DNA of 64,000 bases from Eledone cirrhosa. Lineage: Eukaryota. Location of the stretch: NCBI GenBank assembly GCA_964016885.1, contig OZ024758.1:26102001-26166000 (forward strand), given 5' to 3'. The notes below the pieces were generated by a model that was given only the letters and a program-made list of their open reading frames with translations, made no database searches and was not told the origin of the DNA. Below are positions 24,451 to 35,947 of this stretch, in pieces (position 1 is the stretch's first letter; every line of letters begins with the position of its first letter). The position numbers were made by a program, and so were the translations under genes.

Positions 24451-25099
24451 ACAGCATTGCAGTAGTTCTCCATTGCTTTGTACTTGAAGCCTAAGAATTT
24501 TAAGAGAGAAACGCATGGAACTTGCAGTATTTATTCTTGTCTTTCCTATAATAAATAAGGAATAAGGTGAATTATCTTCAAACATGAATCGAAACTGGGT
24601 CACTGATTTAGTTCATCAGGTTCCAGCCTTCCATTCCTTAACATTTACCTTCTCCTTCCTAAATTTTCCTTTTTTTTTGGGGGGGGGGGGGTGTCAGGAG
24701 AGCGAGGGGCTGCTGTTGTTGTTTTTTGTCTTCTTAATCATTTCATCTCACTCTTCTTTTCATCTGTCCCTTTCATCATAATTTCATTCTTTTTATCCAT
24801 TCTTCTTTCTCAACTACATTTGCCTCTGCCTCTCCTCACTTCTAAATTCTCTAACTATGCCTCCCCATATTCCCCCCCCCCTTTTTTTCTGAACCCCCCC
24901 CACACACACACACACAATTCATTGCCTCTTCATTAATTTCCTATTAAAAGGCAAAAGAAATGACAGAATGAATAACACTATTGAGCTAAACCCCTAACAG
25001 TATCTAGATTTATCTTTCTAATTAAAAAAAGTCTTCCAGAGTCAAATCTGGAGGTGATAAAATAGTTACTAAATCTAATGATGGAAGAATGTACGTAAA

Positions 25100-25359
25100 A
25101 TGGTGATGGTGATGATGATGATGGTGGTGGTGGTGGTGGTGGTGGTTTGGTGGTGGTTGTGATGGTGGTGGTGGTGGTGATGGTGATAGTGGTGATGATG
25201 GTGGTGGTGGTGATGGTGGTGGTGGTGGTGGTGGTGGTGGTGGTGGTGGTAGTATTTTGGTGGTTTGGTGGTGGTACTGGTGGTAGTGGTGGTGGTGGTG
25301 GTGGTGGTGGTGTTGGTGGTGGTGGTGGTGGTGGTAGTGGTGGTGGTGGTGGTGGTGGT

Positions 25360-25391
<32 letters not shown>

Positions 25392-25593
25392 GATGGTGGT
25401 GCTGGTAGTGGTGGTGGTGGTGGTGGTGGTGGTTGTGATGGTGGTGATGGTGGTAGTGGTTTCGTGGTTTTGTGGTGGTGGTGGTTTTGTGGTTTTGTGC
25501 TGGTGGGGATGGTGGTGGTGGTGGTGGTGGTGGAGTTAGTGGTGGTGGTGATGGTGGTGGTTGTGGTGATGGTGGTGGTGGTGGTGGTGGTGT
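25100..25593. repeat. (GGT)n/(GAT)n trinucleotide tract
   Basis: Direct inspection. Confidence 0.95.
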
Positions 25594-26002
25594 TGATTCA
25601 ATAAACTCTATAACTCTCCAATAAGTTTGTGAACCATTCAAAATATTTGTTATTCCTGTTTAACCCAGGTCAGCTCTAAATAAATGCACATAAAATGGTT
25701 TCTGATTTAGGTACAGGGTCAACAATTTTGGGGGAGGTGAAAGTTTATTAAATCAACCCCCTAATCAAAGATGTTATAGTAGATGTTCCTGTCACTTTTT
25801 TCTAGACTGCATTATGCAATGAGTTCATTCTCTATTAAGGAGTTAGGTGTGGTTTCAAGAAAATTTGACTGCTATTTCTAACAGAACAAGTGACCTCAAA
25901 GTGACCCTTGTTGGCCTTTTCAAAATATTTTGCAACACTTGCAAAACAATTCTTAAGCAGGTTCACTAGACTTACTTAATAATCATTTTATATTTTCATA
26001 AC

Positions 26003-26219
26003 TGCATTTATTTAAACCGGCTGTATCCAGCCTGAATTCTTTCACCTCTTTCTGCTCAAACTGGTCGTAACCTGCCACTCATGCTGATGTTGAGGTATTG
26101 TTCTCAAAATAAATATCAAAATTTCATAGATTCGATATTATTTGAGATAATTATGTAAGATAAAGCCTTCACCACAAAAATACAATAGTATATATAGGGT
26201 AATGTAAATGCTAAAGGGT
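26003..26219. mobile_element. piggyBac-like MITE, partial
   Basis: Homologous to 30796-31227; ends gtaaatgctaaaggg. Confidence 0.6.
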
Positions 26220-26220
26220 T

Positions 26221-26562
26221 CATCATCATCATCATCATCATTTTACGTCCACTTTTCCCTGTTTGCAAGGGTGGGACGGGAACTGATTCTGGCTTGATTT
26301 CTACAGCTGGATGCCCTTCCTAACACCAACCTCATTTACAGTGAGTGCTGGGTGGTTTTTGCCGTGGCACCTACACGACCACTTTGCAGTGGAATGATAG
26401 GGACCCCAGTCCCTATCATCTCATTTCTAGAGCTGAGTAAACTGGAACAATGTGAAATAAAGTGTCTTGCTCAAGGAAATAACACATCACCCGGTCTGAG
26501 AATTGAACTCACAACCTTTCGATTGCAAGGCCAATGCTCTAATCACTAAGCCATGTGCCTCC
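26221..26562 (-). mobile_element. SINE S2 with RTE-derived 3' tail and (GAT)n end
   Basis: tRNA/CORE-like head plus a tail matching the RTE 3' UTR at 49729-49930. Confidence 0.85.
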
Positions 26563-26704
26563 ATAGTTAAAGTATATATTTCTATAAAGCATGAGTATCC
26601 TGGTTTTTAGAATAGACACATTGTTTCATTGTGTCAGAAGAAGTGACTAAAGATGTTGGCATCAGAAAGAGTATCCAGCAGTAAAACATTGTCTCAAAAT
26701 ATCA

Positions 26705-26960
26705 TCTCTCATCTCTCATCTCTTATCTGTCCCATAGACTGATAGACTGTTGGGGTACCACAGATGACCTGGCAACCACCTCCTACCATTCCTCTCACCT
26801 CTCCATCCTCCTCATGGTTGCACCCAGCTTCATACCAGTCCATTCCGGGATGTTGTCCTCCCATCTCTTTCTCTGTCTGTCTCTCTCTTCTTCCCTCCTT
26901 GTACTGTTCCCTGCAGGACAGCCTTGGCAAGCCCTGAAGATCTTGTCCCGTGCCCATCAA
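26705..26960 (-). mobile_element. RTE-clade LINE 3' fragment (different family) with (GAGAT)n tail
   Basis: SSGLAKAVLQGTVQGG...RQRKRWEDNIPEWTG across a frameshift. Confidence 0.65.
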
Positions 26961-27184
26961 TTTGTATTTTGCAGGGGGAGGGGGGTTTACAGTATAGAAA
27001 AAAATGGATGAAAAAATGATGACGATGATGATGATTTTTAATTAAGCCTGAAGTTGAACTAACAAACATTTAGGAAGTATGATTTCATTAAAAAAGAGTT
27101 AGGTTAGTGTTAACATATTCAATGTGGTGAGTAGTATTAGAATGGTCAAGTAGAACTAATTGTGCAATAAGAAAACAAAAGATT

Positions 27185-27330
27185 CAGTATTTCCCGGCAT
27201 CGAAGACGCTACTTTTTCCCTAAAATAAGTCTCAAAAATCTACCATGCGTCCTCCCGGAGGCCGAAGGTTGTTTTATTATTTTTTGGCAAATTTTTGGTT
27301 GTCAAAATTAAGGTGCCAGAAATACGGTAT
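27185..27330. mobile_element. Small pogo/Tigger-like MITE
   Basis: TIR-like ends cagtatttcccggca / tgccagaaatacgg. Confidence 0.5.
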
Positions 27331-27457
27331 TAGTTATTTTGATTTCCTTTTTTGGAAAGTATAAGAGACAATTGTAGACATGTTTCAGTCTTAGTATGAC
27401 CTCATAGGGGTCGTCATATTTTACAAAGTAATGGCAAAAGGTTCACTAAATATATAA

Positions 27458-27555
27458 TAATAATAATAATAATGAAATTATTGTGTACAGTGCTCAGGTG
27501 CACTACAACTCATCAAAGGTGCATGTATAGTACATAGAATAATGTACAAATGTAT
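27458..27555 (-). mobile_element. CR1-family 3' tail
   Basis: Reverse complement of gtgcacctgagcactgtacacaataatttcattattat. Confidence 0.65.
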
Positions 27556-28049
27556 AGGTATCATCTACATTAGCTGGAGTAGAAAAATACAATTATTCAG
27601 AATATAAATAACGTAGACGCACAATTATTATGATCATTTGGTACGAAAAATCTATATCAGTGGTTGATTTTTTATTAACAAGTATGGGAGACAACTCCAG
27701 ATATGTTTTCGTCGAAGAAAAGAAATCTACATGAAATATGGTATGGTATGGTATGGTTTGGTATGGTATGGACCCATAACTTCTGAGGGAGTCGTGGGTG
27801 GTGGGGGCATATTGACATACAGCGTTTCTCAGGGTTTTTTTAAAAACCTGACTGAGCCCCATCCTCTCTCCAGGCCTGAGTACCACAGATTTCTTCCAGA
27901 TATGGATAGAATGTGAAAGAGAGAGGAAGTGAGAAAGAGATATTATATGTTCACAAAATTCTATAAGATCAAATCGTCTTTCATATTTCAGCATTCAAAT
28001 GTAAATAAGTATTCATTGATGACGGTGTTACCTCAGAGCAGTGAAAAAC

Positions 28050-29560
28050 TGCCTGCGTCATTCCTCTGTTCAAAAAGGGTGATCGTTCGTTGGCTGTCAA
28101 CTATCGTCCAGTCTGTCTTACGAGCAGCAGCATCGCCAAATTGATGAAGTCCTGTGTCAGAGAAACTGAATCCAGCCCTGGCAACTTGGATTTATCCCTA
28201 ACTCCAGCTGTTGAGATCAACTCATCGAGTTTCTTGAAGACATTACCTGAATCACTGATGGCGGCTCATGGGTAAATGTTATTTATCTTAACTTTGCTAA
28301 AGCTTTTAATTATGTGCCACACAAAAGACTTATGGCAAACTCTCTGCAATGGGTGTGAGAGATGACCTTTATAACTGGTTGAAGTCCTTCATTCTCAGTT
28401 GACAAGAGGTAGCCATGGTTCTAGGACAGCATTCTTCATCCTATGCAATGACATCTGGTGTACCACAGGGATCTGTTCTTGGTCCCATTTTGTTTGTGGC
28501 ATATATTAATGACATAGATGCCAACTTAAAGAATGCCACAGTGCTGAAATATGCAGATGACATCAAGTTGTACCTTGTTGTAAAAAGGACAGATCCTTTA
28601 TGCTATACATCTTTCCTGCAATCAGACCTGGACACAGTGCAGCAATGGATTATGGACTGGCAACTCAAGCTGGCTGTAGACAAGTGTATTACCATGCATT
28701 TTGGAAGGAAAAACCCAGAATTCACAAACTCCCTCCACAACACTAATCTCAAGAAGTCTTCTTGTGAACGTGACCTGGTCATTGCGTTGGACAAAGCACA
28801 TCTCTAAAATTGTCAAGAAGGCCAAGGATGTCTTGGCATCACTCAGTAAGACCTTTGTCGGCCACTCTACAACTATCTATTTAAAATACTATATATAGCT
28901 ACGGTGCGGCTACACTTAGAATTTGCATCACTAGTCTGGAACCCCTATCTTGTTCAAAATATTGATCTGGAAACTGTTCAGAGACGTGCAACTAAATGAT
29001 TACTCTCCATTAGGCAACTACCATATTCTGAACACCTTGCTTCCCTAGGCATGGATACATTAAAGCTCCAACGTCTGGCAACTGACTTGGTAGACACCCA
29101 GAAGATCTTTCCAACAACAATTCTGAGTGCCTTTTTGAATTCTATATGTCTAACACCTGTGGTCATGCTTACAAAATCAAAAAATGGTACAGCTCCCATG
29201 ACTTTCAGAAACTTTTTTTTTTGTTCAGAGTTGCTGAAGCATGGAACAAACAATCTGCATCAGTTGTTAGCTGTTGAGAGTCTGCATCCTTTAAAACCTC
29301 CATGGAACAAACAATCTGCATCTTTAAAACCTCCATGCTTCCTTTAAAACCTCCATGCTTCCCAAAATTCGCCAACACTACACCTGATATCCCCCCTCAA
29401 TACATACTCACACATGTGTGTGTATGCCAGTGTGTATATCATGACTCATACACTGTTCACTTTCCTGACAATTCTACATTACTCTATGTACTATACATGC
29501 ACCTTTGATGAGTCGTAATGCACCTGACCACTGTACATTATAATTTTCATTATCATTATC
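28050..29560 (+). pseudogene. Degraded CR1-clade reverse transcriptase and 3' UTR
   Basis: NYRPVCLTS, FAKAFN, SGVPQGSVLGPILF, KYADDIKL; multiple stops and frameshifts. Confidence 0.85.
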
Positions 29561-30404
29561 ACATGTAAAGACATTGAAATGCATCCACTGTTCTTCTTCT
29601 GGTTGCTGAGATAACTGTAACATGATCACAGCTTAAACACTCACAGCAAGACTAGATGTATATTTATTATATGTAAACATTGTATATGGTTTCATATTAT
29701 TATTTGTATTTATAGAATAGCTTTCAGGGTGCCTTTCCTACTGTTAGCCACTCAACTGTGAAAGAGAATGAAGCTAGCTTTTTTTTTTTATCTAGTCAAG
29801 AAAACTAGACTGAGTAATTTGTTCAGAGGCACAGTACAATAGCCAAAGAAAGATTTGAAATTATGACTAAGTGATGAGAAGTCTAGCAGCTAAACTCATG
29901 GCAACAATGTCTCACTCTTTTTAATTTTATCAATACCAGAAGATTAAAAGGCAGAATTTGAACTCAGAGTGTAAAGGGTTATAACTTAATACTGCAAAAC
30001 ATTTTGTTTAACACTCTAAATCGTCTGCTAATCCAATTGACTTCCTCTTCCACACAAAAACCTTATGTCATCTGCATGAATAATACACATTCACCAAAGC
30101 AATTCTTCTATTGTGAGCTTGACACATGGAAGAAAATAGTTGGTGGCCTGAATAAAAATGTTGCTTAAAAGCCTGAAAGTAACATTGAAAGCTATGAACA
30201 TTGATCTGAAACTGGAGGGAATAGCTTAATCAAAACAGGCTCTCGTGCACAAAAAACTTCTCAAAAGACACATATTTAGGCAATGGAAACCAAACATGAA
30301 TTCTGTAAAGCCCAGTCAGCCAACACATTAAATGAAGCCGCAGACTATATGTGCTACACATGTAGTCATTATCTCCATTCCAAAATTGGACCCACCTGCC
30401 ATCT

Positions 30405-30645
30405 AGTGGTAAGGGTGTTGGACTTACGATTGTAATGTTGTGGGTTTGATCCCTGGACTGGGTTGTGCGTGTTGTGTTCTTGAGCTAAAACATTTCATTT
30501 CATGTTGCTCCAGTATACTCAGCTGAAAATGAGTACCAGCAATAGCTGGGGGTTTAAACTTGGATGGACTGGCGTCCTGTATAAGGGGGAAGTATTGTAC
30601 TCTCCAGCACTTAAAACCAAGAAACTAGGATAAGCACCAGCTCAA
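30405..30645 (+). mobile_element. SINE S2, tail type 4
   Basis: CORE-like gtgttcttgagc...; tail gagtaccagcaatagctggggg...ggactggcgtcctgt; homologous to 38155-38765. Confidence 0.7.
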
Positions 30646-30795
30646 CGCGCTGCTTGCAGTGCACAAAGGCATGCATTGGACACACCTGCCACCTAAGGAC
30701 ACATAAAACTTAATTAATCATGTAGTCAGAGTCATGGTCTCCATTTAACAATGGATGTACAACACAACATATAAGGATTGACGAATGACATTTAA

Positions 30796-31227
30796 CCCTT
30801 CAGCATTTAAACCAGTTGTATCCGACCAGAATCCTCTCAACTCTTTCTGTTCAAACTGGCTGTAACCAGCCACTCATACTGACGTTACATTGTTCTAAAA
30901 AAAAAAGGAACGATCGACTTTCGTCAAATCGGACCGACGAAACAATGTTTCCGTTGGTCTTTCCAATTGCTAATACTATCTATCGGTCGCAACTCCAGGT
31001 AGAAGGAGCAACGTGAAATAAAGTGTCTTGCTCAAGGACATAACGCATCGCCCTGCCCAGGAATCCAACTCACAACCTTACGATTGCGAATCCAATTCTC
31101 TAACCACTCAGCCACACGCCTTCAAATAACATCAAAATCTCGTTGATTCAATATTATGTGAGATAATTATGTACTTATTACCACAAAAATACAATAGTAA
31201 ATATAGAGTAATGTAAATGCTAAAGGG
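30796..31227. mobile_element. piggyBac-like MITE with nested SINE
   Basis: TTAA on both sides; TIRs cccttcagcattta / taaatgctaaaggg. Confidence 0.75.
30905..31123 (-). mobile_element. SINE S2, tail type 3
   Basis: tRNA/CORE-like head on minus; tail also seen at 47060-47815 and 63953-64000. Confidence 0.75.
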
Positions 31228-31672
31228 TTAAGTGCCGTACATTTTTTTATAAGGCAGTAAATTGGCAGAGTCATTAGAACGTTGTATAGAATGCCTTGTA
31301 GTATTTGTTCTGGCTCTCTTCTCTCTGAGTTCTAATCCTGCTGAAGACTACTTTACCTTTCATCCTTCTAAGGTCGATAAAAAAAAAGTAACAGTCAAGT
31401 ACTGGGGTCAATTTTTCCTCCATATCCTCCTTTCTCTCACTCTCTATCCTTCTGGAAGAAATCTGCTGTAGTCAGACCTGGAGAGGATTGGGCTTTGCCA
31501 GGTTTTAAAACTGCCCTAGAAATGCTGTATGTCAATACAACGCCCCCTATGACTCCATCCGGAGTTACGGGACTTTGCATGATAACCAAAATGGAAGTCA
31601 GAGAGAGAAAGGGAGGAATATGTTTACATTGTATCAGTAAAAGTGTATGACCTTAGTTATATTGTGTTATTC

Positions 31673-31858
31673 GCGGTGGATTGGCAGTATCGGTAGAGCG
31701 TCGGACGCCATGCTTTCCAGCATAGTTACGTCCCTTTACGATCTGAGTTCAAATCCCGCCAAGGTTGACTTTGGCTTTCATCCTTACGGGGTCGATAAAA
31801 TAAAGTACCAGTAATGCACTGGGTAATTGCTGGCCTTGTGCCTAAAGTAGAAACAGTT
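31673..31858 (+). mobile_element. SINE S1, full length
   Basis: A box tggcagtatcgg, B box gagttcaaatccc. Confidence 0.85.
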
Positions 31859-32374
31859 ATTCTCTACCATTAGATGTTGCTTTCACTTTCACTTTCACTT
31901 TCTTTCCTAACTCTTGAAGAAATTGATCATATTCAAACCAGGAGAGGGGATGGACTCTGCCGGTTTTAACCAAAATGCCCAAGAAACACTGTAGGTTACT
32001 ACAGCGCCCCTACGACTCTACCAAGAGTTATGGGGCCAAAAAAATAGAAGATATTTTTTATATAGTTTCAAATCAGCTGCAATTTATGATGAAGGAATTC
32101 TATTATTAATAAGTTCCTCTAAAAGATGCTACAAATACTTGCATAACAAGCTACCCATGCTGCTAACTAGATCTAATTTTGTTGTCACTGCTTTGATAGT
32201 TTGTCGTAAATTTGAGCTTATTGCAACACTAACATTTTTTATGATTAACAGAAGAAACAGCTTATATTTCAACATTGCACAATTTACATTAGGCTTCATT
32301 GCTATCATGTCTTGTATTTCTAACCCAGTTTGAACATTGTGAATCATTTAGCCAGGATTTTTATTATAGTTTGA

Positions 32375-32665
32375 CCATTTGCTCTTTGTATAGATGAGTA
32401 AAACGGCTTAAGTTATGATGTTTATTTTTCAACATATGACCCATCTAGGTCAATACACTTCTTCAGGCATTGATACCAGCCTTTAAGTCCATCTGTGTAA
32501 AACTGAGGGCCATACAATTTAAACCTTGTCAAAGCAGGGGATCATCTTCAACCTCATCTCTTCCACATCTAAAATGACATCCATTTGTAGGTTGTTGATT
32601 TCTTTGGGGCATTGTCCCCATAAACTTGCTCCACCCTAGCTTCACCATGAATTTGATGTTTTGAT
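32375..32665 (-). mobile_element. Internally deleted mariner transposon remnant
   Basis: Minus strand: GDNAPKKSTTYKW..GRDEVEDDP (HTH region) joined to FYTDGLKGWYQCLKKCIDLDGSYVEK* (mariner C-terminus). Confidence 0.7.
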
Positions 32666-32668
32666 GGA

Positions 32669-33105
32669 GTGAAGGCACATGGCTTAGTGGTTAGAGCATT
32701 GGACTTGCAATCGAAAGGTTGTGAGTTCAATTCTCAGACCGGGTGATGTGTTGTTTCCTTGAGCAAGACACTTTATTTCACATTGCTCCAGTTTACTCAG
32801 CTGTAGAAATGAGATGATAGGGACTGGGGTCCCTATCATTCCACTGCAAAGTGGTCGTAGAGGTGCCACAGCAAAAAAAGCACCCAGCCCACACTGTAAA
32901 GTGGTCGTGGAGGTGCCACGGCAAAAAAGCACCCAGCACTCACTGTAAATGAGGTTGGTGTTAGGAAGGGCATCCAGCTGTAGAAATCAAGCCAGAATCA
33001 GTTCCCGTATGAGCAAGACAAGGTCAGCTGACCGGACACTGCCCACAACAGGACAATAGTCCAACCCATGCAAGCATGGAAAAGTGGACATAAAATGATA
33101 ATGAA
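32669..33105 (+). mobile_element. SINE S2 with long RTE-derived 3' tail including two 49-bp units
   Basis: tRNA head, CORE-like body, hairpin at 32814-32839, then sequence matching the RTE 3' UTR. Confidence 0.88.
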
Positions 33106-33314
33106 TGAATGAAATGAATGGAAGCCATGTTGTGTTGCTCAAGCAAGTGCTGACTTCCTCCTGGCGGCACTGCATTGCAACATGCATTTAAGGGTTCATG
33201 TTAGAACATGCTATGAAACATTATTACAAGAACGTACAGGTGCAGTGAAATCAAAATCCTTACATATGATTTTTAGTTATGTAGTTTTTCAACAAACTAT
33301 TTAAAGTCCTCTCA

Positions 33315-33510
33315 TTTACACATATACAAGATCTGAACACAAAAGAACCCAACTCCCATGTCACTGCTTCCATCACTCCCACTCTCCCCATCTTTTACTA
33401 TTATGAGCAAATGGAGGCCCACATGCTGGCTGCCCTGCAGCTCTGGCAGACAGAATAAAGAAGGTGTATCCCCAGAGGATGGTGAGGGTTGCGTGCTAGA
33501 AGAGCTGTAC
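33315..33510 (-). mobile_element. CRE-like element 3' tail
   Basis: Similar to 8435-8630. Confidence 0.6.
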
Positions 33511-33649
33511 CCAGCTCAAAGTTTTATATGTGTTACTGTTTTACTCTTTCAAAAAGACATCAAAACAACATTGTTATTCTTACAAGGCTGTTGACATAAC
33601 CATTGACTTTAGCGTTTCTGTCAACACCACTGCCATTACTTGCATTGTA

Positions 33650-33882
33650 TTGTCATCATCATCATCATCACCATCATCATCGTCAACACCATTATCAACA
33701 AGACAGCAACCATCATCACCACCCACATCATCATCACCAACCACTACCAACAAGACAGCAACCATCATCACCACCCACATCATCATCACCAACCACTACC
33801 AACAAGACAGCAACCATCATCACCACCCACATCATCATCACCACCACTATCAACAAGACAACAACCATCATCACCATCACCA
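33650..33882. repeat. (CAT/CAC)n-rich tandem repeat
   Basis: Repeated caacaagacagcaaccatcatcaccacccacatcatc unit. Confidence 0.85.
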
Positions 33883-33884
33883 TT

Positions 33885-34485
33885 TTATAATAATAATTGT
33901 TTCTACGTTTGGCACAAGGCCAGCAATTACCCAGTACATTACTGGTACTTTATAATAATAATAATTTTCTACTTTTTGGCACAAAGCCAGCAATTACCCA
34001 GTACATTACTGGTACTTTATAATAATAATAATTGTTTCTACTTTTGGCACAAGGCCAGCAATTACCCAGTACATTACTGGTACTTTATAATAATAATAAT
34101 TGTTTCTACTTTTGGCACAAGGCCAGCAATTACCCAGTACATTACTGGTACTTTATAATAATAATAATTTTCTACTTTTTGGCACAAAGCCAGCAATTAC
34201 CCAGTACATTACTGGTACTTTATAATAATAATAATTGTTTCTACTTTTGGCACAAGGCCAGCAATTACCCAGTACATTACTGGTACTTTATAATAATAAT
34301 AATTTTTTACTTTTTGGCACAAAGCCAGCAATTACACAGTACATTACTGGTACTTTATTTTATCGACCCCGTAAGGATGAAAGGCAAAGTGAACCTCGGC
34401 GGGATTTGAACTCAGACCGTAAAGGGACGTAACTCTATGCTGGAAAGCATGGCGTCCGACCCTCTACCGATACTGCCAATCCACC
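33885..34485 (-). mobile_element. SINE S1 whose 3' tail is expanded into ~7 tandem 67-68-bp units
   Basis: Unit tataataataataattgtttctacttttggcacaaggccagcaattacccagtacattactggtactt. Confidence 0.9.
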
Positions 34486-34688
34486 AATAATAATAATGAA
34501 ATTATTGTGTGCAGTGCTCAGGTGCACTACATCTCATCAAAGGTCCATGTATAGTACATAGAATAATGTACAAATGTCAGAGAAGTGAATAGTGTATGAG
34601 TCATGATATACATGTGTGTGTGTGTGTGTGTGGAGGGGGAACATCAGGTGTAGTGTTGGTGAACCTCGGGAAGCATGGAGGTTTTAAC
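34486..34688 (-). mobile_element. CR1-family 3' UTR
   Basis: Reverse complement of 29340-29550. Confidence 0.7.
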
Positions 34689-34689
34689 A

Positions 34690-35440
34690 TCATTATCACC
34701 ACCACTATCAACAAGACAACCACCTCAACCACCACCACCACCACCAACATCATCATCATCACCAACATCATCACCACCACTATCAACAAGACAGCAACCA
34801 CCACCACCATCATCATCACCATCACCATCATCACCATCATTATCATCATCATCACCACCATCACCATCACCATCACCATCACCACCATCATCATCATCAT
34901 CATTAACATCACCATCACCACCATCATCATCACCACCATCACCATCACCATCATCACCATCATTATCATCATCATCACCACCATCACCATCACCATCACC
35001 ATCACCACCATCATCATCATCATCATTACCATCACCATCACCACCATCATCATCACCATCAGCACCATCACCACCATCATCATCATCACCATCATCATCA
35101 TTACCATCATCATCATCATTATCATCACCACCATCACCACCACCCTCATCACCACCATCACCATCACCATCATCACCCCCCCCCCTCATCATCACCATCA
35201 GCACCATCACCACCATCATCATCATCATCACCATCACCACCATCACCACCATCACCCCCCCTCATCATCACCATCAGCACCATCACCACCATCACCATCA
35301 TCAGCACCATCACCACCATCATCATCATCATCACCACCATCACCACCATCACCACCATCACCACCATCACCACCCTCATCACCACCATCATCACCATCAC
35401 CATCACCATCACCATCACCATCCTCACCATCATCCCATCA
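34690..35440. repeat. (CAT/CAC)n trinucleotide tract
   Basis: Direct inspection. Confidence 0.95.
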
Positions 35441-35549
35441 CATATATTAATGACATGTGACAGACTGTCTCCACCACAGCCACCATGTTGTACCAGTGCC
35501 AGCATATGACACTGTTTTATATGTAAAACTCTGATCAGTAATTTAGATA

Positions 35550-35910
35550 TTTTTCTTTATTTGCCACAAGGGCGCACAAGAAAAGGGGACAATACAAAGA
35601 CATGCCGGGGATTTTACACACAGTCGTGTAAAAAATATAAAAACAAACAATTACAACAATCGAAATCCCCAATAGGGGGGGAAGCACCACAAATGGGTTG
35701 TTTAATACCCCGTCGATAGAACAACCCTCAACTCCAGGAGCGTGTTGTGCAAGTGCTCCTTTCTTTCTTTTGCTCTCTTCTTTAACCTATAGGCTTATAA
35801 ACAGAGAAGGCCCAATCACTCGGGCCATTTTCGCTTCATTCACCCACCTTTCAGTAAATTTACTGGGGTGCAGTGCCTCTCTTTCCACTCTGATTCTCCT
35901 TCTAAAGTGA
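35550..35910 (-). mobile_element. 5'-truncated L1/Tx1 3' end
   Basis: Similar to 18030-18370; tttagata at both junctions. Confidence 0.75.
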
Positions 35911-35947
35911 TACTTTTAGATAAAGGTTTTTACAGATTGATGTACTT

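Noticed and set aside
24455-24603. Unique-looking minus-strand ORF start MTQFRFMFEDN...
   Set aside because: No recognisable domain, no convincing splice sites, runs into (TC)n
30040-30400. Possible old RTE C-terminal remnant (CYTC..HSKIG)
   Set aside because: Too degraded to support without a database search
31673-31762. tRNA-like sequences with A and B boxes
   Set aside because: They are SINE heads continuing into SINE bodies, with no complete cloverleaf
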